From Basidiobolus meristosporus CBS 931.73 (lineage: Eukaryota > Fungi > Basidiobolomycota): 64,000 nt of DNA. The notes below the pieces were generated by a model, which ran no database searches, was not told the origin of the DNA, and saw only the letters and a program-made list of their open reading frames with translations. This document shows positions 10,598-22,484 of the stretch, one piece after another (position 1 is the stretch's first letter; each line of letters opens with the position of its first letter). Where the stretch lies: NCBI GenBank assembly GCA_002104905.1, contig MCFE01000087.1, positions 113,290-177,289 of the forward strand. The letters run 5' to 3'. Both the position numbers and the translations under genes were made by a program.

Positions 10598-13500
10598 TGT
10601 TGTAAAAATTTGTAGTTCCACCTAAATATTCACCTAACTTAGTCACTTAGATCATCACCTTCAAATCCTAGAGAATACTGACCAAATTCCTTGTTGGGAT
10701 TTACTTAGAATATTTTCACCAAAATACCAGGTACCCAGAACATGAAAATTCTCAAAGTTGACCAAACAGCCCCAAACTTTGCACACATGTTCTTGGGACC
10801 TTCCTTAACCTATTCTACGTGTTTGTAATGCCAAGACCAGGTAAAAGTATAGATACTACTTTTACATTCAATAAATCATTAAGTGAAAAACCACATAATC
10901 TACTTGTTCTCCCAATCACTTCCAATATCTCCAAGACTCTTACAACAGGTTATGATCCCCAAGCTATACAAGTTGACTTATATTCCATCATATCTGGAAG
11001 CAAATATAAGTAACTTAAATGAAGAAACACCAATGCTTTAGCACAGGAGATTTGGGCACATCAATTTTGACTATTTGCGTAAAATGATCAAAGATCAGCT
11101 AATTTCTGGAGTGAAAATTGATCCCCCAGCTAATTTGGAGCACTGTGAAGCCTGCATATATGGGAAACAAGCCAGACAACCGTTCAAGATCTCTGGGTTA
11201 ATCAAAACTAAGAAAAAATTAGATCTAATTCACTCAGATCTGTGTGGACCTATGCAAAATTTATCCTTAGGCGGGATGAAGTATTTTATCACTTTTATTG
11301 ATGATTATACAAGATACACATGGGTCTACTTCATGGAGAGAAAGGAAGAAGCTCTGTCTAAGTTCAGGGAGTTTAAAGCCATGGTGGAGAGAGAAACTGG
11401 TGAAAAAATCAAGAAAATACGCTCTGACAATGGTGGAGAATATACCTCAAAACTCTTCATCCACTTCTGCAAAATTCATGGGATAAAGCAAGAGACTACT
11501 GTACCATACTCCCCACAGCAAAATGGAGTAGCAGAATGAGCTAACAGATCAATAATTGATATGGCAAGATCTATGATCCATGATCAAAAATTATCCTATG
11601 ATTTTTGGGCGGAATCAGTTGCCACTGCTGTATATCTTAAAAATAGGAGTTATAACAGAATACTTTGTGATTCTACTCCATTTGAAGCATGGTATGGATA
11701 CAGACCAAGTGCAGAACATCTAAGAATATTTGGGTGTACAGCATATGCCAAAAAACTGGCCGGAAATCAGTCAAAATTTGAGCCAAAAAGTGTAAAATGC
11801 ATATTTTTGGGCTACTGCAATGAGAGTAAGGCATACAGACTCTACAATACCAAATCAAAGAAGCTGATCAAGTCCAGGGATGTGTTGTTTGATGAAAATT
11901 CAAAATTTTCACAAAAAATGACATCAGATGATGACAAAAATTTGATCTCAAGTCCACCAATTGTCAGGATTGAATCAGAGCAAAACAATGAAAATTTTTT
12001 CACTCCAGAGGACTCTACAACCGTGGTTCAGCCAGAATCAGTGCCCAGGAATATCCCAGAAGTGATCATTCCAGTATCAAATGCCCGGAGATCCAATTGG
12101 ACAAGAAATAGCCCAAATTACTATATCAATGAGGGTACAAACTTAACCTATGCCTATTCAGTCCATATTGATGAACCCCAGACTGTAAAAGAGGCCCTAA
12201 ATAGCCCTCAGGCAAAGTTTTGGAGATCTGCAATGACTGAGGAATATCAGGCCCTGATGGAAAATCAAACTTGGGACTTAGTCAAATTACCAATCAACCA
12301 AAAATCAATTGGATGCAGATGGGTCTTCAAGACAAAATACAAGGCTGATGGCACAATTGAAAGATACAAAGCAAGACTTGTAGCCAAAGGATACTCTCAA
12401 ACAAAAGGACTTGACTATACTGAGACCTTTGCACTGGTAGCCAAGTTTAATTCCATCAGATTAATATTGGGTATTGCAGCCAAATATAAGTTTTTTATGC
12501 ATCAAATGGATGTAAAAACTGCATTTTTGAGTGGAGAACTTGATGAGGACATGTATATGGACCAGCCTGATGGGTTTGTTGACCAAAATAACCCCCATTT
12601 GGTCTGCAAGCTTAAAAGGTCACTATATGGTCTCAAACAATCACTGAGAGCCTGGAATTGCAAGATAGATTCTTATTTGGAATCCTTGAGTTTCAAAAGA
12701 GGTAATGCTGACTATAGTATATACTATAAGCCAGATAGAGCAAATCCAGTTCTATTAGCTCTATATGTGGATGATCCTATTATAGCCACCAATAACCTAG
12801 AAACATTGGAAGAGACTAAATCCAGCCTATCTAAGGAGTTCCAGATGTCCAATCTAGGAGAACTTAGTTACTACTTAGGGATTAAGTTCTCCATAGACAG
12901 AAGTACCCAGACTATCACCCTAAGTCAATCCAAGTATATTCAAGATATACTAAAGGAGTACAAAATGGAAGACTGTAAACCAGCAGCTACCCTAATGGAG
13001 ACAAACCTTAACTTGGTCAAAACTCAACCAAATCAAGAGAGCTTGGTGCCATCTGAAAGCCCTGACTTTCCTTATCAATCTATGGTTGGCAGTCTGATGT
13101 ATATCATGCTTGGAACATGTCCAGATATCTCATATTCAGTGGGAGTTGTCAGCCAACATAATCAGAACTATGGATCTGATCATATTGCAGCAGTTAAGCG
13201 GATTTTTAGATACCTAAAAGGAACTGCTGATATTTGCTTAAGATACACTTATAAGGACTCAGAACAAGATCTTGTGGGATACTCTGATGCAGATTGGGGA
13301 CGAAATTTAGAAGACAGAAGATCCACCACAGGATACACCTTTCTTTACTGTAAAGGAGCAATTTTGTGGAATTCAAGAAAGCAACCAACCATAGCACTTT
13401 CCACCACAGAGGCAGAGTATATGGCAGCCTGTAAAGCTACAAAAGAAGCAATGTGGTTAAGAAAGATGTTTACAGATTTAGGCCTATGTCAAAAAACGCC

Positions 13501-14088
13501 TATTACTTTATTTCAAGATAATCAAGGATGTATACAATTAGGTAGAAATCCAACTTTTCATGCTAGAACCAAGCACATAGATATTAGACATCATTTCATA
13601 CGTGAAGCTATAGAGTATAACTTGGTTAGCTTAGTTTACTGTCCTACAGATGAAATGATTGCAGACATATTTACCAAACCATTAGCTAGAGACAAGTTTG
13701 AATATCTTAGGTCAAAATTAGGACTAGTCAGTATGAACATTTAGCTGAGTGGGAGTGTTGTAAAAATTCGTAATTCCACCTAAATATTCACCTAACTTAG
13801 TCACTTAGATCATCACCTTCAAATCCTAGAGAATTATGACCAAATTCCTTGTCGGGATTTACTTAGAATATTTACCCAGAACATGAAAATTCTCAAAGTT
13901 GACCAAACAGCCCCACACTTTGCACACATGTTCTTGGGACCTTCCTTAACCTATTCTACGTGTTTGTAATGCCAAGACCAGGTAAAAGTATAAATACTAC
14001 TTTTACATTCAATAAATCATTAAGTGAAAAACCACATAATCTACTTGTTCTCCCAATCACTTCCAATATCTCCAAGACTCTTACAACA
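10598..14088 (+). mobile_element. Ty1/copia element with two LTRs and an internal deletion (gag and protease missing)
   Basis: LTRs 10598-10947 and 13756-14088, with 5-bp TSD TATAA at 10593-10597 and 14089-14093. After the PBS the sequence jumps directly to the pre-integrase region. Integrase 11075-11539 (TGA), RT/RNase H ORF 11561-13744, PPT GAGTGGGAG before the 3' LTR. Confidence 0.95.
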
Positions 14089-14579
14089 TATAAGTGTAGG
14101 CATGAAATTGGCAAAACACTCTCAGCTGGCAGGATTCCTTTCTTGAGGTATTCTCACCTTGAATAGAGTGCATTATTTAATGGCGTCCATTGAAGCGCCA
14201 ATGACTTTTGTTAGGAGAGTTTCAGAGATGTTGGTAGTGACTGAGAGGACTGGTAGGTTATGTGATATTCACTTGTTGCTTAAGTTCAGATAGAGTACTG
14301 GTACTTTTGGGGAAGCTTTGTAAGGCCAACAACAAGAATGCTCTAAGAAAAGACCCAGGAAGTGGCTTACAAAGCTGAGGGTCCACTTCCGATATTCTGG
14401 GGTTGGGCTAGCTGGCATCATGTTTGGTCCGACTTCCAACCAACCTGGACATACACCAAATCAGACATTTGCATTCATGTGTGGGACTGTGGTTGTGAGG
14501 ATGAAGGTGCCAACTTGATGCGGGTAATTTACGTGATTTACACAATGAACGTTTATTGGGATATGAATGATTCTAAAGT

Positions 14580-16058
14580 TTACAAAATGGCTTCAATCAC
14601 TTGGATGCCCTCCTTTTCTAACGCCTCCATGATGGGATTGTTGATCTCGGGAGTCATGGGGGCGATGACTCCCTTCTCCTTCAACACACCATCCAGAATC
14701 AAATCAACGGCGATGGCGCATGGGATACCGACGGTCTTGGCCATGGCGCTAGGGCCGTTGGGCTCGCCGTACTCCAACAAAGTGGAGGTGCGGGTTTGTC
14801 TGGTTCCATCGGCAAGCTCCACCTCGAACTTGTGCTGCAACATGATCATGTCCCTCTCGCCCTCTTCGTAAGCCATCTTCTCCTCAAGGGTGGCGCACAG
14901 GGTGTCCAAGTAGGTTCCACGCTTGGTCACGTTCTTGTTGGAGAACAAGTCGAGCCACTTCATGCCATTGAGGATTCTCTGGATCTCGGTCTCGTCCTTC
15001 TCACTGATCTTGGCCTTGATCGCAGCTTCCAAATCAGCCGAAGCATCGGTGACTCCGATCAACTTGGCAAGAACCGATCTCCAAGTGACATCTTGGGCCT
15101 CGGGCTTGAGGTAGTCTTGCTCACTGTCATCAAGGAAGCCAATATCAACTAAAGCCTTGACAAACTTGGGGAAACCTTGATAGCGAAGGGTACCGCGGAT
15201 GATGGTCTGAGCCTCGGGGATGTTATATCTCTCCTTGTATGGGGTGGAGTCACGGTTGGCATAACCCTCGAAGGCGAATGCTGGGTAGATGTAGAGCGGC
15301 TTGGCGGAATCCATGAGCTCGGGTCCTGGGATGTCGACCACCTGGCCGTTTTCGTAGAACTTGGCGTTGTTACGCAAAGCCAACAAGACACCTCTGGAAG
15401 ACCAGCTGAACTTGTAACCCAAGGGGTTATTCGAGGCTTCGGGGGCAGGAAGTCCACCGCAGAAAGACAAGAAGGAGAGGATCTTGCCACCCTCCTTGTG
15501 AACCTCGTCGATAGTCTTCACAGCGTACAAATGATCGATTCCGGGGTCGAGACCGATCTCGTTCATGACAGTGATGCCAGCGCTCTTGGCCTGCTCGTCA
15601 TAAGCCAGCATAGCAGGAGAAACGTAACTGGTGGTGACGACGTTCTTCTTGAACTTGACGGCAGACTTGATGACAGTGGCGTGATGAATGTATGGGATCA
15701 AGCTAATGACCAAGTCATGTTGAGACACTGCCTCGTCAATCGACTGTTCGTTGTTGACATCCACGGAAATGGCAGAAGCGCCAGGGAATTGGGCAGCCAA
15801 GGCCTTGGCATTCTCAATGCGTCTGCAGCCTATACAACGATGAGTACACCAACCCCCAACGGATACAACAACCCAACCGACTTACCGATGGTGATTTTGT
15901 TCTCGGGGCGTCTCGAGAGATATTCCACACATGGGCCAGCAACGTAGCCGGATCCGAGAAGGAGAATTTTACTGATGTCCAAGGGGAAGGTTGAGGGTTA
16001 GGTGAGTAATGCTACGACGAAACTAGTATGAAAGGGAGGGAACTTACCGATCAGCCAT
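14580..16058 (-). CDS. LYS9: saccharopine dehydrogenase (NADP+, L-glutamate-forming), 3 exons
   Basis: Spliced N-terminus MADRKILLLGSGYVAGPCVEYL. Motifs VTTSYVS, MNEIGLDPGIDH, GYKFSWS and SAMAKTVG. GT-AG introns near 16047 and 15885. Confidence 0.95.
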
Positions 16059-16475
16059 GTTGATGCAATTAGGACAGATTGCCTGATGCCGCATTCGCCG
16101 GGCTGGTTTTAAAGGCTTCGGATTGGATGCACCGTAGGAACGATCAGATTCCGATAATCCTTATTTGGGAATCCCTCGAAATGTGTTTCAGTGGATCCTA
16201 TTTGAAAACAATGGAATTGAAGCAGGGTCTCGTCTGGTTTACGCACCATCAGGGTGGCAGTAAGTATTACTCATAGTTAGTACTTGAGAGTGAGATATGT
16301 ATCCATGATGACTGAATGATTACCAAATCTCGGATAATCTCCCCATCAGACGTCACCGGGTGGGCTCTGAGGGCCAGGGTTAGGGTTTGATCGCCACACT
16401 ATGGTCCAGCACGCTTTCATGAGCACGTTCCAAGAATTTGCTCTCTCCCCTGCTCGAATTCGTCTGGGGAGTTCA

Positions 16476-16487
16476 GAGTCACGTGAC
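16476..16487. promoter_or_regulatory. palindromic E-box GTCACGTGAC overlapping a TGACTC (Gcn4/CpcA-type) site in the LYS9-MetH divergent promoter
   Basis: The sequence gagtcacgtgac is seen directly. Function is inferred from the known Cbf1 (CACGTG) and Gcn4 motifs. Confidence 0.4.
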
Positions 16488-17120
16488 ACAGTCCCTCCCC
16501 TTACACATTTAATCAGCATTTGGGAGATCGGTGATAAGGGGCTGACTTACTTAAATAATGTTGATCCATGCGCATGCGATGGGCTATCAATGATTATCTA
16601 GAGATAGTATCCCACATACCTACATACCCACATATCCACAAATTATCCAGAGATTAAATGCAAGGTAGCGACCCAAATCTGTGACCCAAATCGGCGACCC
16701 GGCCATGCAGGTTGGTTCAGTTCACCATCAGATCGCCATGGAAACTTGGGCAAAAACGATTGAATGATTTGGAGGTACATGTGCGGATTAGCTGCGATAA
16801 GGGCGGCTTGATAGGGCGATTTTGTCAGGTATATGTGATACTAACTACGTGTGTCTGGTTATTTTGCTGCCTAAGCTTCAAGCTTTGACTGATGTCGCCA
16901 TAGGCATGAGAGCCTGAGCAGTCCTGGATTGATCATCTATCTTGGGGAATCCACTAATTTAAGTAAAATCCGATTGGTAGTGCCTTTTTTTTACTTGCCC
17001 TTTAGAATAAGGTTGGCCGGAAATCATGCGCTTAAAAGATTCTAGGACCAATCTCAATTTCGATTAAATCTCTTCCTCCCTATCCTGCAGCTAGGCTTTA
17101 CCTTGGTCGGATATATCAAA

Positions 17121-20100
17121 ATGCCAGGAAGAATTGACGCCGCAAGTAAGTTGCTCATAGTGCTGTGAGGTGGGTGTGCAAAGCTAACCCTTATGTAGAA
17201 TACCTTGAGGAAACGCTTCCGAAGAGGATTATGTTCCTGGATGGTAAGTAACTTCAGCACACTACCTGTCCGTCAGGCATATCTAACAGACTCTTGAAAA
17301 CAGGCGGCATGGGAACAATGATTCAGAAGCTGAGGCTTGAGGAGGAGCACTTCAGAGGTCGGTATTCTTTTTGCTCCTACTCAGTACACCCACTCATTCT
17401 TTCTTCGACAACAGGCACCCGTTTCGCCGACCACAAGAAAGACTTGAAGGGGAACAACGATATCCTCGTTCTCACCCTTCCAGAGGCCATTGTTGACATC
17501 CATAAGCAGTATCTACTGGCCGGAGCCGATATGGTCGAGACCAACACTTTCTCCTCCACTTCTATTGCTCAAGCCGACTATGCGTTGGAGCATCTTGCCT
17601 ACGAGCTGAACAAGGTGGCAGCGGAAGTTGCCAGGAAAGCCTGTGATGAGGTCACTCTCCTCCAACCCGACAAGCCTCGTATGGTTTGCGGTTCCATTGG
17701 CCCCACCAACAGAACTGCCTCCATCTCCCCATCGGTGGAGAACCCATCCTACAGAAACGTCACATTTGACCAGCTGGTTGAAGCGTACAAAGAGCAAACC
17801 CGTGGGTTGCTTGATGGTGGCTCGGACATCCTGCTGGTGGAGACCATTTTCGATACGTTGAACGCCAAGGCGGCGCTCTATGCCATTGACCTTCTATTTT
17901 CGGAGGAGGGATACAAGGAGGTTCCTGTCCTTGTGTCAGGCACCATTGTAGATCAGAGTGGACGCACTCTCTCGGGACAGACCGGCGAGGCGTTTGTCAT
18001 TAGCGTGTCTCACTCCAACCCTACCGCTATTGGTTTGAATTGCGCTCTGGGCGCCTCTCAAATGAGACCGTTTGTGCAGAACATCTCCAACGCCACCTCG
18101 AAATTCCTGATCTGCTATCCCAACGCAGGCCTCCCCAACACATTTGGCGAGTACGACGAGACACCGGAAATGATGGCCTCCCAGGTGGAGGAGTTCGCTG
18201 CCGGAGGATTGCTCAATATCGTCGGCGGTTGCTGCGGTACCACCCCCGAGCACATCAAAGCCATCGCAGACATCTGTGCCAAATACGCGCCGAGAGTACC
18301 CCCGGAAGATATTTCCAAGAGCAAGATGCTTCTCTCCGGCCTGGAGCCGCTAGTCATAGACGAAACCACCAACTTCGTGAATATCGGTGAGCGGTGTAAC
18401 GTCGCAGGGTCCAAGAAGTTCGCCCGGCACATTCTCAACAACGAGTACGAAGAAGCGCTCGCCATCGCAAGAGCCCAGGTCGAGAATGGCGCGCAGGTCG
18501 TTGACGTCAACATGGACGAGGGGTTGCTCGATGGTGTTGCAGCCATGACGAAGTTTCTGAACTTGATCTCTACCGAGCCTGATGTATCCAAGGTTCCATT
18601 GATGATTGATTCCTCGAACTTCGAGGTCATCGAGGCCGGGCTGAAATGCGTCCAAGGAAAATGCATCGTCAACAGTATTTCGCTCAAGGAAGGTGAGGCG
18701 GACTTCCTAAAGAAGGCGACCATCATCCGTCGCTTTGGTGCTGCCGTGGTGGTGATGGCGTTCGATGAGGAGGGCCAGGCGGTGGACAGAGATCGCAAGT
18801 TGGAGATCTGTACTAGATCCTACCGTTTGCTGGTCGATAAGATCGGCTTCAACCCCAACGATATTGTGTTCGATCCCAACATTCTCACCATCTGTACCGG
18901 TATGGAGGAGCACAACCATTACGCGGTGGAGTTTATTGAGGCAGCCCGCATGATCAAGGCCACTCTGCCAGGTGCCAAGATCAGCGGCGGTGTTTCGAAT
19001 ATCTCGTTTTCCTTCCGTGGTAAGGAGGCGATCAGACAGGCCATGCACAGCGTTTTCCTTTTCCACGCCATCAAGGCAGGGCTGGATATGGGAATTGTGA
19101 ACTCTGGGTTCTTGACCATCTACGACGATATCCCCAAGGACCTGCTGGAGATCTGCGAAAACGCCGTCCATGATCTTGACCCCAACTCGACCGAAAAGCT
19201 TCTGGAGTATGCCGAGAAACACGGCAAGGTTGCTGGTAAAGTGACTGATGCTGAAGAGTGGAGAGAGCAAGACGTCACCAGCAGACTGTCCTATGCATTG
19301 GTCAAAGGCATCACCAAGTACATTGTTGAAGACACCGAGGAGGCAAGATTGGACAAGGGCAAGTATCCTCGCCCCTTGAATGTGATTGAAGGCCCTCTGA
19401 TGGATGGCATGAATATTGTGGGCCAGCTGTTTGGCTCTGGAAAGATGTTCTTGCCCCAGGTAATCAAGAGTGCTCGTGTGATGAAGAAAGCGGTTGCCCA
19501 TCTAATTCCCTTCATGGAGGTGGAGCGTCTTGAGCGCCTCAAAGCTGGGGGTATCACCGACGACGACGAGAGCAGCATGTACAACGGAACAGTGGTCATT
19601 GCCACAGTGAAAGGCGATGTGCACGATATTGGCAAGAATATCGTTGGGGTTGTTTTGGGCTGTAACAACTACAAGGTGATCGACCTAGGTGTCATGACCC
19701 CTACCGAGAAGATCATCGAAGCAGCAATTGCTGAGAAGGCCGACATCATTGGTCTTTCGGGACTGATCACTCCCTCGCTTGACGAGATGATCACTGTAGC
19801 CAAGGAGATGGAGCGCAATGGACTGAAGATCCCTCTGCTTATTGGAGGTGCTACCACATCCAAAACCCATACTGCCGTGAAGATCGCGCCCCGCTACTCT
19901 CAGCCCACGGTCCACGTCCTCGATGCCTCTCGCAGTGTGGTCGTCGTTTCCAATTTGCTGGATGAAAACTCCAGGGACGACTTCGTCGAGGATTTGGCGG
20001 AAGAGTACGAAGAGCTCAGAGAAGACCACTACGACTCTTTGAAAGACCGCAAATACCTGAGCCTCTCCCTCGTCCGTGAAAAAGGCCTGAAGATTGACTG

Positions 20101-21058
20101 GCAGGCTGAGGCAGCTCCAGTCAAGCCCAGCTTCCTGGGCACCAAAGTGTTCAAAGATTACGACCTGAAGAATACCCTGCCTTACATCGATTGGAATCCG
20201 TTCTTCCAAACCTGGCAGCTCAGAGGAAAGTACCCCAACAGAGGCTATCCAAAGATCTTCAACGACGAAACCGTTGGTGCCGAAGCCAAGAGACTGTACG
20301 ATGAAGCACAAGTCATGCTCAAGAAAATCCTTGATGAAAAGCTCTTACAAGCTAGCGGAATCGTTGCATTCTATCCGGCCAACAGCGTTGGTGATGACAT
20401 CGAGATCTATGCCGACGAGAGCCGTGCTGAACCCATTGGCACCTTTTACGGACTTCGCCAACAAGCCGAGAAGGACAAAGAATCCAACGAGCCCTATTAT
20501 TGCTTATCTGATTTCATCGCGCCCAAGGAGAGTGGAGTTGCCGATTACGTCGGTCTCTTTGCTGTAACATCCGGATTCGGAACCGACGAGTTGTGTGAAT
20601 CATTCCAGAAGGATCACGATGATTTCAATGTCATCATGGTGAAGGCCTTGGCGGATCGTTTGGCTGAGGCATTCGCGGAAATCCTACACAAAGAAGTTCG
20701 TACAGAGTATTGGGGATACTCCCCCGAGGAGACCCTGCAGACTAGCGATTTGTTGTCGGTGAAATACCAAGGGATCCGTCCGGCCCCCGGCTACCCCAGT
20801 CAGCCTGACCATACTGAAAAGCTGACCATGTGGAGTATCGCCAATATCCAGGAAAATTGCGGCATCGAGCTCACCGAGTCCCTAGCCATGGCTCCCGCCG
20901 CCAGTGTCAGTGGCCTGTACTTTGCCAACCCTAAAGCCCAATATTTCGCTGTAGGCAAAATCGACAAGGAGCAAGTGGCAAGCTACGCTGAGAGAAAGAA
21001 ATCGGATGTTGAAACCACCGAGAAGTGGCTTCGTCCCATCCTATCCTACGATACATAA
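17121..21058 (+). CDS. MTR: cobalamin-dependent methionine synthase (MetH/MTR), 4 exons
   Basis: Spliced start [23 protein letters not shown]. Homocysteine-binding GGCCG, pterin domain [11 protein letters not shown]12-binding [10 protein letters not shown] and LSGLITPSL, activation domain [12 protein letters not shown]. Confidence 0.97.
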
Positions 21059-21335
21059 ACAACGCCCAAACCACTACCCCCTCACTACATACTATTTCTT
21101 TTCACCACAGAATGCTTTTCTACACATCTTATACGGACTCTTAAGTTGTATCTTTACAATATCACTTTCCATGGACACTCAATCACTATCATTATATAAA
21201 GGACTATATTTGCGATATTTATGATTTCACTATGACAATGGCCATTTGCCGATAATATTCGAGAGCCTCGTCAATCCGAATAAATTAATTACCTCGTTCT
21301 GTCCGCCACCTCATTCCTGTGGTTAGTTCAACGCG

Positions 21336-22106
21336 ATGACTTTAGAAAAATCCTTCTTCTTCGGGCCGCACAAGATCTGCCCGACCCAAATATTCTACGG
21401 GTCCAAGTTTGCCTACGGTCTCGTCAACCTTAAGCCTATCGCACCGTAAGTGGACACTTACCTACCATGTTCGTTTCCGAATTTTATTTGACGATTGTTA
21501 TGCATTCCAGTGGCCGTATCCTTCAAATTGCTCATACCTTCAACTGGACCCAAACTTTATAGACATCCTTAATTCAGTGGGCTTTTAGATGTTCTAGTGG
21601 TATCAAAACGACCGGTGGCACGCTTTACCGAATTGACTCCGGAAGAGGTCAGTGGCCCCATGCTACTCAGAAAGACTTGTTTCTCATGTCAGCTTCACTT
21701 CCTGCGCTCTAAACAGGTCAGCGACCTATTTATTAGCGCGCAGCATATTGGCCGAGTGGTGGAAAAAGAGTTTTCGGGAGACTCGCTGAGCGTGGTGGTT
21801 CAGGTAAGCCAGATAAATCGTACAGCGGAGCTCCATCACTAAGCAGCCATAGGATGGGCCATATGCTGGCCAAACTGTCCCTCATGTACATATTCATGTG
21901 ATACCACGTCGCCAAGGAGATTGGAAGAACAATGATGAAATTTACGATGATCTTAACAAGGTTGACAATGATGATCGAAAGCCTCGCTCCGCGCTTGAGA
22001 TGGTTAGCCACAGTCTTTCATCACCGCCCCTCTTCCCTGCTAACCACATGAATAGGCTCAAGAGGCGAACATGCTTCGAGAACATTTTCCAGAGAATCGG
22101 TGTTGA
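21336..22106 (+). CDS. FHIT: HIT-family diadenosine triphosphate hydrolase (Fhit/Hnt2), about 6 exons including a 5-nt microexon
   Basis: Spliced product MTLEKSFFFGPHKI..YGLVNLKPIAP-GH-VLV..QDGPYAGQTVPHVHIHVIPR..NNDEIYDDL. HIT motif HVHIH. Confidence 0.88.
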
Positions 22107-22484
22107 CATTCTATTGAATATTATGTAAATGAGCATTGAAAGGCGGATGTATTTGGCATCAAGCGGCGTTGTACGGAGTTGAACTAATAAATCCGGTTTG
22201 AGGCTAGTCTAAGTGAGCCATGTCAACCTCGTAGAAATCAGCAGGCTGGTATCTGTGTAAACATAGATCAATTAACGTAGGGCCGCGCAGGGCATGCTTC
22301 TTACATGTTTAATCGCCCCTTGATAAAAATATACAGAATTTAGTGACTGAGCTATTATTAAAGTTCCGATTTGTTTGCACTCCACTATAAAAGTCTTTTC
22401 CTGGAATGTCTGGCCTTACAGTTTCCGCTCACTCCTCCCTATCTCTAGACATAAGCCTTGGGTACTGGCGTTTTCTCAAATAAC

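Noticed and set aside
16100-17120. Cobalamin riboswitch upstream of MetH
   Set aside because: No B12-box or AGGGAA/GCCACTG-type core was recognisable by eye, and none is established in eukaryotes. A covariance-model search would be decisive.
14796-20567. Long antisense or alternate-frame ORFs over LYS9 and MetH (e.g. 15177-15947, 18707-19501, 19685-20311)
   Set aside because: These are the expected shadows of GC-rich, codon-biased genes and show no recognisable motifs.
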